A stretch of 64,000 bases of DNA from an uncultured Candidatus Micrarchaeota archaeon. Lineage in GTDB: Archaea; Micrarchaeota; Micrarchaeia; Micrarchaeales; Micrarchaeaceae. Below the pieces are notes generated by a model, which was not told where the DNA came from, did no database searches, and was given only the letters and a program-made list of their open reading frames with translations. Shown here one piece after another: positions 39,972 through 50,089 of the stretch (its first letter is position 1; the number at the start of each line of letters is the position of its first letter). The stretch covers positions 1 through 64,000 of the forward strand of contig CAVUGN010000011.1 of NCBI GenBank assembly GCA_963741095.1, read 5' to 3'. The position numbers and the translations under genes were made by a program.

Positions 39972-41468
39972 ATGCAAGACGTTCCACCACAGATATCTGC
40001 TGCTTTCGAGAAAGTGAAGAAGACGTACCCGTTCTATGTCTCGCTGAAGAGGATATACGGAAAATATTACGTATACAAAGTGAAGGTCGTCTGGGACCGA
40101 CTAACCAAAAAGACAAAAACAAATTCTGAGTACTTGGGCCGGATAACCAGCGATGGGAAATATAAAAAGAAGAGCATCACACCGAATGATTACCTGAGAA
40201 AGGCCGAGGCACTCATCGCTTCCAAAGGTGGGAAGATAACGTGGGACGGAATTGAGAAAGTCCGGGGTGCAAACGAGCAGATTAAAGAGGAACAGATCGA
40301 GGAAACTGTTGCCGACGAATTGGAAACGAAGATACTGACTATATTGAGTATGAACGGCCGCGCGTCGATACCTTTCATAAGCAAGATGGTTGGTCTTAGC
40401 AATGCTACAACAGATTATCACGTAAAGAAGATCGAAGAGAAATACGGCATCAGATATTTTCCAGAGATAGACGTAGACAAATTAGGTTATGCCAGCTTTA
40501 TGATATCCATAAAATTTGAAGATGAGGTTCCGAGTGCAGAAGAGATTAAAAGAGAGCTTAGCAAATTTCCTGGAGTACAACTTGCAATGGTAACTCATGG
40601 TAGATATGACCTAATAATTCATTTTGTAACCGGGACCGAATATATGCCAAATAGTTATGGATGGGCATCTCAGAATGAAATATATGACCTCCAAAATAAT
40701 GCTTTTAGAGCAAACAAGGCAAAATGGTACGTGTCAACGTTTTACAGAACATATGGATGCGTACCGTTGAGAAACGAATTTTTTGATATGATGAAGAAAA
40801 TAGTGTGGGAAAAAAGCAAAGAGAGCAGGAGACCTAAGCCAAATCAACTTCTTCCTAGGGAGTATTTCGTACTAAAAGAACTAAACTTAGATGGTAGGTG
40901 CGAATTCACAGAAATAGACAATAGATGCAATTTTGATAGGGGTAGATCAGATTACACCTATAAAAGATTAGTTGAAAATAAAACAATAAAACGCATCACG
41001 TTGACAATGCAGAAACCTCCGGTAAAGTATGTGGCAATAATCTATATGGATTTTATAAAAAGAGATGAGTTTTCAAAGAGCAGAGTGAATCTTTTATTAG
41101 ACATAATAGAGCGGCGAACACAAATAAACAAATACGCACTTGTTGGCGATGCGAGCATTCCATATGGTGGATTCTTCATACTGCCGATAACTCAAGATGG
41201 GCTACTAGAAAAAGTCACCGAGCAATTAAAGAGCATAAGCGGCACAAACGTATACGCTCTTGTTGCAAGCGAGATAGTCTTAGGTAGCCTTTGTTATAGA
41301 TTATTTGATAACGCATACTCAAGCCAGCAACGCATGTTGGCTGATGAGTACAAGAAGCATCCAGTTGAAAAAGCGAATTATTTGGGCGTAGCAAAAACCA
41401 AAAAGAGTAGTATAAAATTAGATATAAGGGGATTGCCTACTGACAAATCAACAGATGACGTTACATAA
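39972..41468 (+). CDS. Tandem Lrp-type regulator, module 2
   Basis: Same architecture; ILTILSMNGRASI HTH; VPLRNEFF linker. Confidence 0.8.
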   Translation: MQDVPPQISAAFEKVKKTYPFYVSLKRIYGKYYVYKVKVVWDRLTKKTKTNSEYLGRITSDGKYKKKSITPNDYLRKAEALIASKGGKITWDGIEKVRGANEQIKEEQIEETVADELETKILTILSMNGRASIPFISKMVGLSNATTDYHVKKIEEKYGIRYFPEIDVDKLGYASFMISIKFEDEVPSAEEIKRELSKFPGVQLAMVTHGRYDLIIHFVTGTEYMPNSYGWASQNEIYDLQNNAFRANKAKWYVSTFYRTYGCVPLRNEFFDMMKKIVWEKSKESRRPKPNQLLPREYFVLKELNLDGRCEFTEIDNRCNFDRGRSDYTYKRLVENKTIKRITLTMQKPPVKYVAIIYMDFIKRDEFSKSRVNLLLDIIERRTQINKYALVGDASIPYGGFFILPITQDGLLEKVTEQLKSISGTNVYALVASEIVLGSLCYRLFDNAYSSQQRMLADEYKKHPVEKANYLGVAKTKKSSIKLDIRGLPTDKSTDDVT

Positions 41469-41488
41469 GCAGAATGCACTTTAGCTTT

Positions 41489-41521
41489 TTATCCGTTACC
41501 TCCTGTTCCTCCTCCTTCCAT
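41489..41521 (-). CDS. Micropeptide MEGGGTGGNG
   Basis: Conserved TATA/RBS; stop TAA. Confidence 0.72.
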   Translation of the reverse strand: MEGGGTGGNG

Positions 41522-41723
41522 ATTTTCACCTGTCCAAATATCTCTGAAAAGGCTTAAATAGCTTGTGTCCGTTTGAAATGGGCCAGCGCGAATGCTCGTA
41601 TAAACAACATCGAACCACGTCGGGCGATGTTGTATAATTGTCTTCATCACGGTGCATAGATAAGTATTTATACTTATTCTACATAATATACTTAATGTGA
41701 TGAAGATGACAAACATGAAGACA

Positions 41724-41921
41724 TCATCTGGATGCGGAAACAGCCCGCATTCCTAACTCGCCAAGCAGCATCACCGGCCTGCCGGTCCTTTCCAACTCGC
41801 AGGCGTTTATGTGCCACAGATATGCAACTGGATTCTCATGCTCCATTCCGCACATCCAGCACCGGTACGCATCGCCGCGCTCTCCCAAGAAAATATCTCT
41901 TATCCTTGTCCCTATGCCCAT
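41724..41921 (-). CDS. C2HC zinc-finger small protein, module 3
   Basis: CWMC..H...C. Confidence 0.75.
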   Translation of the reverse strand: MGIGTRIRDIFLGERGDAYRCWMCGMEHENPVAYLWHINACELERTGRPVMLLGELGMRAVSASR

Positions 41922-41937
41922 TCTACCACTCTATCAA

Positions 41938-42033
41938 TCATGAGGGTAGAGGATTGTACTGTGGAAGTGTGGTGAGACTCTGGACAGAGCCTGCGCTGAA
42001 TCTAGAAAAATGCTTACTTCCACCCACATACAT
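41938..42033 (-). CDS. 31-aa leader ORF variant, module 3 (C-terminal half frameshifted relative to other copies)
   Basis: ATG after GGGTGGG; MYVGGSKHFSRFSAGSVQSLTTLPQYNPLPS. Confidence 0.4.
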   Translation of the reverse strand: MYVGGSKHFSRFSAGSVQSLTTLPQYNPLPS

Positions 42034-42242
42034 ATCCTTCCCACCCATGGTAGATGCTATGAAGAAGCTTTTATAAATAGGCTCTCAGAATTTTTAATTA
42101 TATATATCAATACAGGTATGAAATTCCAATAAATCTCATACTATTTAACCATATTAACCATATATAATAGATGGCAGATTAGTATAATGGTTAAATAGAT
42201 AAATTAGAAAGTTATATATATTACCCATTATAAGGCATATGT

Positions 42243-43622
42243 ATGGCAAAACTTCCTGAAAAGGTAGCAGAGACGCTAAATGCACTCAGAAAGGGGAGTA
42301 AGCATTCTTTAAGTGTCAAAATAATCCATGGCGGTTATTACTTGTACGAAGAGGCCACAAAATGGAACAAGCAATTAAAGAAGCAGGATTTCTACTCCGT
42401 ATATCTGGGTAAGATAGATGATGCAGGAATCTTAACACCGCCCCATCACAAGAAAGAGGTTACAAAAACAGAAACCCTTGAAGCGTATATCGCCAAACGG
42501 CAACATGATGAGGCGACAGGGAAAAATCTGCGCTTAAGCAGGATACAGGATTCGATAATCAAGATACTGAGTACTGATGCAAGGATTCCTGTGGAAGAGA
42601 TAAGCACAATGATTGGGATCCCATATTCCACTGTTGCCTATCAGATAAAAAAACTTGAGAAGGATCTTGACATAAAGTATACTCTAGACACTTATGCCGC
42701 TTACAATTTCGGATTTTATAGGTTCATAGTAACAGTAAAATTCAGGGATAAAAAACCAACAACAGAAGAGATAAAGAAAAGTTTGGGCGATGACCCTCAT
42801 ATACAGTTAGTAATGCTTGGCAGGGGCGAATTTGACATTTTCATGTATCTTCTTTTTGATAATACTGTTAATGTAGAGGGTTGGATCTTTGACCTGAGGA
42901 AAAAGGAGGGTCTATCCAAGTACACGGCAGACTGGAATGTATCCTATCTTTTGATAGGCCATGGTATAATACCCCTACGGGATAAGTTTTTTGAGTTGTT
43001 TGAAGATAGGATATGGCACAGGACAAAAGAGATGCCGAGGAAAGGCGCAGACCAGATATACTACCGAGAGTATGCAGTGCTTAAGGAGTTGACCAAGGAT
43101 GGTCTGAAAAGATTCAAGGAAATAGACAAGGATTACAAGCTCAATTCTGGGAGTGCGCAATACACTTACCATGAACTGGTGGCCAAAGGCGCCATTCGCA
43201 GGGTAACCATATCCATGCAGAAAGCTCCGATAAAATACAATGTGATAATACAGATGAAACAAGTGAACATGAAAAGATATATGAAAAGCAGAGAGAAGTA
43301 TTTCTCATACCTTCTAGAAGACCGTGGGGTTCCAACCAACAAAATATCCCTGCTTGGAGATATTGGAACGCCATACGGACAGGTAATTATAATGCCGGTA
43401 TACGAAGACGGAGACCTTGATAGGATAGACGAGGACCTAAAGTCCATAGTCAAGGGAGTGGAGCTAAAGATTACCGTGGTTACCAATATTTTAATAGGAT
43501 CCATATGCTACAACAAGATAGAAGAAAAGAGTACATTTATGTACAACAAACTAACCAGCAAGCAAACCAACCAGATACAGAATAAGAGTCCATACGAAGA
43601 AGACGATGACAGCTCGTACTAA
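42243..43622 (+). CDS. Tandem Lrp-type regulator, module 3
   Basis: IIKILSTDARIPV HTH; IPLRDKFF linker. Confidence 0.8.
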   Translation: MAKLPEKVAETLNALRKGSKHSLSVKIIHGGYYLYEEATKWNKQLKKQDFYSVYLGKIDDAGILTPPHHKKEVTKTETLEAYIAKRQHDEATGKNLRLSRIQDSIIKILSTDARIPVEEISTMIGIPYSTVAYQIKKLEKDLDIKYTLDTYAAYNFGFYRFIVTVKFRDKKPTTEEIKKSLGDDPHIQLVMLGRGEFDIFMYLLFDNTVNVEGWIFDLRKKEGLSKYTADWNVSYLLIGHGIIPLRDKFFELFEDRIWHRTKEMPRKGADQIYYREYAVLKELTKDGLKRFKEIDKDYKLNSGSAQYTYHELVAKGAIRRVTISMQKAPIKYNVIIQMKQVNMKRYMKSREKYFSYLLEDRGVPTNKISLLGDIGTPYGQVIIMPVYEDGDLDRIDEDLKSIVKGVELKITVVTNILIGSICYNKIEEKSTFMYNKLTSKQTNQIQNKSPYEEDDDSSY

Positions 43623-43638
43623 GAATGTATTATACGCT

Positions 43639-43662
43639 TTATGCTCCTCCTCCATCTCCCAT
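43639..43662 (-). CDS. Micropeptide MGDGGGA
   Basis: Conserved TATA/RBS; stop TAA. Confidence 0.7.
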   Translation of the reverse strand: MGDGGGA

Positions 43663-44363
43663 AGTTTCACCTGTCCAAACATCTCTGAAAAGGCTTAAAT
43701 AGCTTGTGTATCTGCAGAGAGGGCATTTCCGGATGTCGCATGAAAGCACTAAATATCTGGACAGGCGCAATAAATACGGGCCGGATGGGCGGAACTGTTA
43801 TCTATCTGCAAGTTCCACCCCCCATCCGACTTTGCGGTTTTTGGCGAGGCGGATGCGGGCGAGCGCGCCATGCCGAGGCGCTGAGCGCCGAGAACGGCGC
43901 CGAGCGTAACAGTGCGGGGTTGCTGCGGTTAAGCTTGAGTTACCTTTGTCCAGCTAAGGCAACGCTTAGCTGCTCAAGCTCATGATGCTGCTCAAGCTGG
44001 TGGTGTTGCTAATGCTGGTTATGCTGCTGTTGGTGTTGTTGCCGCTGTTGCTGCTGTTGCCGTTGCAGGTGTTTGTGCCGGATGCTGCCTGGCTTGCACT
44101 CGCCATCACGTTCGCTCCGCACTCGCTCGCGTGGGCTCGCGGGCAGCAGGCTCTCCGCTCGCTTCGCTCGCTCCGAGCCTGGGGCTTGCCAGGCATATAC
44201 ACAATCAAAGATATGGAAAGCAGGCCGTAAACCGCTGACCTTGGGATGCTTTAGGTATAGCACCCTGCCGACTAGGGCAATCCTGGCTATACTCAACAAG
44301 ACTATACATCGGTCAGATATAGTTTTGGGTATAGTTCCATGGCAGTACGCACTCCCTTACTAT

Positions 44364-44654
44364 TCATCCTTCAACCATCGATACGAAGGCCCTGCCGATG
44401 CCTCGCGGTGCCCGGTCCTTTGCGTCCTTCAGCTCGCTCCTGTCCCTGTAGAACCTGACCTCTGCCACGCAGTCGCCGTTGCTGTCGTAGAGAGGGATGC
44501 GCTGCCTGCGCCATATGTCCATCAGCCTCTCCGCGAGGTCGCCTTTCCCGCCCTTCAGCTGCAGGAATACGGTCCTGCACAACCCTTTCTTGCCTTTTCC
44601 GCTCGCTTGCGCTAACCTATTCGTTGTCAATTTTCCACCCTTTTTTGCACCCAC
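44364..44654 (-). CDS. Small conserved protein (distant RAM-like), module 4
   Basis: DLAERL..GDCVAEVRF; copies at 50090 and 55740. Confidence 0.6.
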   Translation of the reverse strand: MGAKKGGKLTTNRLAQASGKGKKGLCRTVFLQLKGGKGDLAERLMDIWRRQRIPLYDSNGDCVAEVRFYRDRSELKDAKDRAPRGIGRAFVSMVEG

Positions 44655-44668
44655 TTAACGTGACTTGA

Positions 44669-44857
44669 TTAACTCCTTGAATTCGCATCTATCATGACGC
44701 GCATGCTCCCGGCTGACAGTTCCATCATATCGGATATATAGCTGCCGACCTCGCTCTCCCTGCAGTACGCCTTGCCTTCCACGCTGTCCGTGTGCACCTG
44801 CACGAGAACGCTCCTGTCGTTTCCCAAGATATGCTTTATACTTGCACTCACGCCCAT
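44669..44857 (-). CDS. 62-aa conserved small protein, module 4
   Basis: Paralog at 56049-56225. Confidence 0.65.
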   Translation of the reverse strand: MGVSASIKHILGNDRSVLVQVHTDSVEGKAYCRESEVGSYISDMMELSAGSMRVMIDANSRS

Positions 44858-44866
44858 TCTACAACC

Positions 44867-44971
44867 TTATTGATCGTTAGGGCAGACGATTGTACTGCGG
44901 AAGCATGGTGTGATTATGGAGGGAGAGCCTGCGCTGACCCATAGAAAATCGTTACTTCCACCCCTGTACAT
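44867..44971 (-). CDS. 34-aa leader ORF, module 4
   Basis: ATG after GGGTGG; MYRGGSNDFLWVSAGSPSIITPCFRSTIVCPNDQ. Confidence 0.5.
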   Translation of the reverse strand: MYRGGSNDFLWVSAGSPSIITPCFRSTIVCPNDQ

Positions 44972-45154
44972 CCTTTCCACCCGCATAGTATTATGAATCG
45001 AGTTGTATATATATTTATACTGATATTTATTGTAGATGAGCAGATGATACTACGAATATGGCATTAATAATTTATCAATTAGTATGCTTCGACCAGTGGT
45101 ATCGAGCTAGGTAGGATAATAAGATATTAATATTTATCTATTATAATTATAAAT

Positions 45155-46567
45155 ATGCAAAGGATGCCTGACAGAGTAAGCGAGACATACGAAAGGCTAA
45201 AGAAAGAGATGGCATTTCCCGTGCGGCTACAGGTGAGCGGAGGGCGCTATTACATTTACAAGCAACTGACTGTATGGGACAAGGAAACGAAGAAAGGCAA
45301 ATCTGTAGCCAAGTACCTGGGCAAGATACTTGATGACGGCACTTTCGTGAGGAAGGCGAATCGCAATGCGGCCAAGGATCTTGATGTGGCCAAAGCGGTG
45401 ATAATCTCGTGCGGCGGTACGGTAAAGCTGCCAGAAAAAATCAAAGTGGGAGCAAAGCCGCCCATCATGGAAGAGGTGGATAGGAAAATTCTGATGAATC
45501 TTAGCATGAACTGTAGGATGCCGTTATCTGTAATTGCGAAAAGAGCAGGCATATCGACTACTTCTGCTGTCTATAAGAAAAGGAATCTAGAGAAAAAGTG
45601 CGGTATACGGTATCTTACGTCAATAACTGTGCGCTGGCTTGGATTTTCATATTACGTCGCATTCGTGAAATTCGAGAACGAAAAACCGAACGCGAAAGAG
45701 TTGAAAGAAACGATTGAAAGAGAACAAAGGATCCAGTTAGCATTGATTACCACGGGTAAATACGACTTGATGCTCTACATGGTTGCAGAAGACGACGACA
45801 AGCTGAATGAAGTTGTCACTACGTTGCATGGCAGCGAGACGTTGAAAAAGTATACGAGTAGTTGGATGGTAACAACATATGTAGACAAATACGGCTACGT
45901 GCCATTGAGAGATGAATTTTTCGAACTGCTCAAGAGCAGAGTATGGCAAAGGACAAAAGAAACGCCTCGACCTTCGCGCGGCCAGCTCCTGAAGAGCGAA
46001 TACGCAGTATTAAGGGAGCTGAACAGCAGCGGGGAAGCAAGCTTCTCGAAAATAGATAAAAAATACGATCTAAACAAAGGCAATGCGAGGTATACATACG
46101 AAAAGCTAAAGGAAAGGAGAAAGTACACGTATGAGGAGATTGCTGACAAGAAAGTTCTTTTGAGGAATACACTTACTATGGACAATCTAGCAGTCAGATA
46201 CAACACTATACTCATAATGGAGATACTCAACAGCAAGGAATTCCTTGAGCGAAGGGAGGGTCTATTCAGGTATATAACTGAGGATACGGGTGGTATAGCT
46301 AACAGATTTTCCGCAATAGGTGATATAGTCACACCATATGGTATGATGTTTATTACGCCAATTTTCAAAGAGAATGAATTGGAAGATATAATTGAGGGGT
46401 TGAACGACAGGGTAAAAGGGGTTAAGTTGGACACGCTTTTGGTTACGGGAGTATTAGTGGGTAGCCTCTTCTACAGAAGATTTGACAATGCGCATGCCCA
46501 ACAGTACGCACAATTGATAAGTGAATACAAAATCAGGCCACAAGAAGAATTGATGGAATATGAGTAA
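45155..46567 (+). CDS. Tandem Lrp-type regulator, module 4
   Basis: DRKILMNLSMNCRMPL HTH; GKYDL RAM. Confidence 0.8.
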   Translation: MQRMPDRVSETYERLKKEMAFPVRLQVSGGRYYIYKQLTVWDKETKKGKSVAKYLGKILDDGTFVRKANRNAAKDLDVAKAVIISCGGTVKLPEKIKVGAKPPIMEEVDRKILMNLSMNCRMPLSVIAKRAGISTTSAVYKKRNLEKKCGIRYLTSITVRWLGFSYYVAFVKFENEKPNAKELKETIEREQRIQLALITTGKYDLMLYMVAEDDDKLNEVVTTLHGSETLKKYTSSWMVTTYVDKYGYVPLRDEFFELLKSRVWQRTKETPRPSRGQLLKSEYAVLRELNSSGEASFSKIDKKYDLNKGNARYTYEKLKERRKYTYEEIADKKVLLRNTLTMDNLAVRYNTILIMEILNSKEFLERREGLFRYITEDTGGIANRFSAIGDIVTPYGMMFITPIFKENELEDIIEGLNDRVKGVKLDTLLVTGVLVGSLFYRRFDNAHAQQYAQLISEYKIRPQEELMEYE

Positions 46568-46644
46568 TCTGTGCGCTTACTTCGTTATGAAGGTCAAAAT
46601 AAGCTAGATAAATCAGTTATTTTACAGCAAGCAACAGCTAAAAT

Positions 46645-46674
46645 TCAGCCTCCTCCCGGTCCTCCACCATCCAT
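46645..46674 (-). CDS. Micropeptide MDGGGPGGG
   Basis: Conserved TATA/RBS; stop TGA. Confidence 0.72.
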   Translation of the reverse strand: MDGGGPGGG

Positions 46675-46785
46675 GATCTCACTGTCAAAACATCTCTGAA
46701 AAAGCTTAAATAGCTTGTGTTTCAGTCGGCAACGGGGAAGCGCCGATAACGATGCATGGTTAACATCAGTCAGTAATGTATATCA

Positions 46786-46912
46786 AACAACATCGAACCA
46801 CGACGACAAACATCGTTTCTCAATTGCACTTTTACGTCGAAGAACCGGCTCCCCACCAAAAATTTATCGACGACAAAATTCGCCTTTTCGACGGATGTTT
46901 GAGATGTGAACT
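46786..46912 (+). repeat. attP-like junction (core 46845-46855)
   Basis: cacttttacgtcgaagaaCCGGCTCCCCAccaaaaatttatcgacgacaaaattcgccttttcgacg. Confidence 0.85.
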
Positions 46913-47002
46913 ATACTCAAAAACTATACCCCGGCCAGATACACTCTCAGATATAATATTAGGTATAGCACTGTGGTGTTCAGACATGACGTTGAGCCTT
47001 AC

Positions 47003-48946
47003 TCACTTAATGGTTTTTTTTAAGTTCTCGATGTACACGGGTTCGATTGGATCTGCCGGTTCAAATCCGAATATTTTGGAGTAGAAGTAAAGTTCCGTGT
47101 CTATGGAGCGTTTTATGCTTTCGGCCTTCCTGAAACTATGCCCCTCCTCATTAAATAGCAAATAAGCCGTACTCAGGCCCTTGTCACGGACTGCCTTGAA
47201 CATCTTCTCGGTCCTGCCTGGTGGGACTACCTTGTCTTCAGTGCCCTGAAAGAATATCACCGGGCATGATAACTTATCCACGGAATTTATGGGGGACCTC
47301 TCTGCGTAGACATCGCGCATTTGCGGATATGGCCCAACAAGTCTTTCCAAATAACCGATTTCAAACTTATTCTTGTCATCGTTTTCAAGTGCTTCGAGAT
47401 CGCTCATGCCGTAATAGCTTGCCCCCGCCTTGAAAAAGTTTCCGAAGGTAAGTGCACAGAGTGCGGTGTAGCCCCCCGCGCAGTTTCCACGGATGATAGC
47501 GCATTTTTCGTTTATCCTACCCTTTTCAGCAAGGTACTTGGCTCCGTTTATGCAATCCTCCATATCAACTATGCCCCACATCCCCTTTATCCTCTCGCGG
47601 TATGCTCGTCCATATCCCGTGCTTCCTCCGTAGTTCACATCAAGCACCGCGAACCCCCTACTTGTCCAGTATTGCGTCTCAAATGACAGGACTGGTTTTG
47701 ATATGCCTGTAGGACCAGCATGACTGAATACGATGAGTGGCGGTGACTCACCTACGGGAGAGACGTAATCCGCATTATGCTGTGGATAGAAGAATGCATG
47801 CGCCGTCGCCTTGCCAGAAGGGAACTCTATCGCCTCCGGAATTGAGATATATCTTGGGTCAATACGAGCTTTTGCCGAACGACGCAGGACATTGAACTTC
47901 CCACTATCCAGATTCAGGCTCACGATTGAAGCTGGCTCTGTTGGGGATGCACCGAGGAATGCCACCATATCTGATGTGACACGCACATCGTTCATCGCAG
48001 TGTATGGTAGTTCCACGTTCTTAATCTTCTTACTCTCGGTGTCAAGTACCGCAAGGTGTGAGTACCCTCCTTTGTTGTAAACACAAACCACTTCCTTTGC
48101 GGATCTGAATCCGTACATCGACATATTGAGTTCGCGCTGCTGCTCCCCGAACTCTGCCTCCATCTTGCATAACTGCTCCGTCTTACCGTCGCGCAAACGG
48201 TACAGGTTCCACCATCCGGTTCTGTCGGATACAAAATAAAGGCTGCCGTCTGGAGACCATTTTGGCTGGAAGATTGACTCGGTTGCAGAGCCAGCAACGC
48301 ATTTTGCATCGTTGATTGACCCGTCATTGCCCAGTGCTCCAACCCAGAGCTCGGACCCGTCCCAAGGCATATTCGGATTGTTCCACGCAATCCACGCAAT
48401 ATGTGAGCAGTCTTTGTCAAGGCATGGAGACGAATAGAAATCGTTTCCAGACGCCAAGATCTTTTCGCTACCCATGTCGCCTGCGTCGAGACCCACTAGC
48501 GAATTGACTATGTTCTTTTCCTCAGTATGGTCCTCCCTGACGCAGATTACCCTGTTGTGTTTCTTGTCAAGCACATAATCCGCATATCTCATCCTTGATT
48601 CTAACGTCATAGGTTTGGGTGGAGAATCACCACGAAGGAGATAGACACGCTGGTCTTTGAAATTAGAGAAACATATCATGTCATCAGACGCCAGATAACT
48701 GCCCCCTCCGTGTTCATGCACTTTGGAACGAACATTGAATTCCCTCCCAATACAATCAATTAGCGTTCCATCATCAGTTCTTTTCACGATTACACTTCTA
48801 CCTTCTTCCACAGGCCGCCCCTCATTCCAGTAGATATCCCCATTGTTTATAGTTATCTCGGAAAGGCGTATTGCTGCCGATGCGATGACGGCGGAAGTTA
48901 TCGGCGACTTCCACGAACCGAAAGGCGCTGTTTTGGTGCTGGACAT
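47003..48946 (-). CDS. S9 (prolyl oligopeptidase/acylaminoacyl peptidase) family protein with Cys at the nucleophile position
   Basis: APFGSWKSPI, VNYGGSTGYG, RGNCAGG, D (GTEDKVV), H (EGHSF). Confidence 0.88.
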   Translation of the reverse strand: MSSTKTAPFGSWKSPITSAVIASAAIRLSEITINNGDIYWNEGRPVEEGRSVIVKRTDDGTLIDCIGREFNVRSKVHEHGGGSYLASDDMICFSNFKDQRVYLLRGDSPPKPMTLESRMRYADYVLDKKHNRVICVREDHTEEKNIVNSLVGLDAGDMGSEKILASGNDFYSSPCLDKDCSHIAWIAWNNPNMPWDGSELWVGALGNDGSINDAKCVAGSATESIFQPKWSPDGSLYFVSDRTGWWNLYRLRDGKTEQLCKMEAEFGEQQRELNMSMYGFRSAKEVVCVYNKGGYSHLAVLDTESKKIKNVELPYTAMNDVRVTSDMVAFLGASPTEPASIVSLNLDSGKFNVLRRSAKARIDPRYISIPEAIEFPSGKATAHAFFYPQHNADYVSPVGESPPLIVFSHAGPTGISKPVLSFETQYWTSRGFAVLDVNYGGSTGYGRAYRERIKGMWGIVDMEDCINGAKYLAEKGRINEKCAIIRGNCAGGYTALCALTFGNFFKAGASYYGMSDLEALENDDKNKFEIGYLERLVGPYPQMRDVYAERSPINSVDKLSCPVIFFQGTEDKVVPPGRTEKMFKAVRDKGLSTAYLLFNEEGHSFRKAESIKRSIDTELYFYSKIFGFEPADPIEPVYIENLKKTIK

Positions 48947-48958
48947 AATTGATCATCT

Positions 48959-50068
48959 CTAAATATGTGACGGCTGAATTCCCGGATATATTGAAAGTGG
49001 ATTGCTCACGAATTCCATCCTCGCAAAGCGTTCAAGTATCTCTTTTATCGAAAGATATATCTCATTGTGGGTCTTCCCCCTCAGATCCCACCTGTAAGCA
49101 GTATTGTTGCAATCGTCTATATGCAGAACCATGTTTGAAGAAACCAGCGGGTTGAACATCCCCTTTTCGCACATCTTTCCGAAAATAGGGCATTCGCTAA
49201 TGCAGTACTTTGGGTTGAAGAATGCTCCTCTAGAAGAGTTCAATAGCATGACCTTTACGCCACCCACATTCAGCGTGAGCTGGACAGACCCGAATCCCTC
49301 TTCGTTGGATACATCAACCTTTTCAATTTCGTAATCGTGCCTTATCATATTGAGAACTTCTTCGGAATTTATATAATTCCCTCTCCAGTATTCGATAGGC
49401 GAGAGACTCGAATATTTGCCAATACCTCCGTGTGCCCCGTTTGTGGCTATGTACTCATCCTGTATAAAGAGGTTGAACAGTTTCAACGAGAAACCAGACT
49501 TGGCCGCAAACTCGATCATACTGTTTACCTCGCCCATGGTCTGTTTTATTAGTACCATATTTATCCTAGTCTTTATGTCGCGTTCCGAGAGTTCCGATAG
49601 TAGCCTGCGGGTTTTGTCGTTAAGCACCTTGCAAATCCCCTCTTTTGGCTGGTTTGATGTAGAATCCAAGGAAAATTGTACGGATATCCGGTCCTTATGC
49701 CTCTCCAAAACATCCATATGTCGCTCGAGATTCTTTCCGTTAGTTATGACTACAAAATTAATTTCCGGATGAAGGTCCAATATCTTTTCAACCTCATTGA
49801 AAAGCCACTCTACGAGAGTCGGTTCGCCCCCACTGATCTTGAATTTGTCGAAGCCCAGATCGTAGGCCGCTGTAACAGTGGAGAAGAACTCTTCACCCGA
49901 CATATTCGCCCCGATGCTCTTGTTCTGCCCAAAGGGGTAGCAATAGCCGCACTTGTTATTGCATTCCTTTATTACTGCAATGGAGAAATATAACCCTCCC
50001 GCGATTTTTCTTAATTCGTTGTTCTGCACTCTCGTGGCAGATTCCGCTTTCGATGCTTGTTTCTCCAT
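48959..50068 (-). CDS. Radical SAM enzyme (MoaA-like core, Cys-rich C-terminus)
   Basis: CNNKCGYC, SGGEP, ITNG; C-terminal C-x3-C-x6-C..C. Confidence 0.85.
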   Translation of the reverse strand: MEKQASKAESATRVQNNELRKIAGGLYFSIAVIKECNNKCGYCYPFGQNKSIGANMSGEEFFSTVTAAYDLGFDKFKISGGEPTLVEWLFNEVEKILDLHPEINFVVITNGKNLERHMDVLERHKDRISVQFSLDSTSNQPKEGICKVLNDKTRRLLSELSERDIKTRINMVLIKQTMGEVNSMIEFAAKSGFSLKLFNLFIQDEYIATNGAHGGIGKYSSLSPIEYWRGNYINSEEVLNMIRHDYEIEKVDVSNEEGFGSVQLTLNVGGVKVMLLNSSRGAFFNPKYCISECPIFGKMCEKGMFNPLVSSNMVLHIDDCNNTAYRWDLRGKTHNEIYLSIKEILERFARMEFVSNPLSIYPGIQPSHI

Positions 50069-50089
50069 CTTTTCGCCCATCAGATAAGC

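Noticed and set aside
43982-44230. Poly-Leu membrane protein
   Set aside because: Arises from a low-complexity triplet tract open in several frames; no RBS or homolog in other modules
46776-47084. ORFs spanning att junctions (also 38523-38714, 52343-52999, 33454-33636)
   Set aside because: Translations of conserved att-arm DNA with inconsistent starts and lengths
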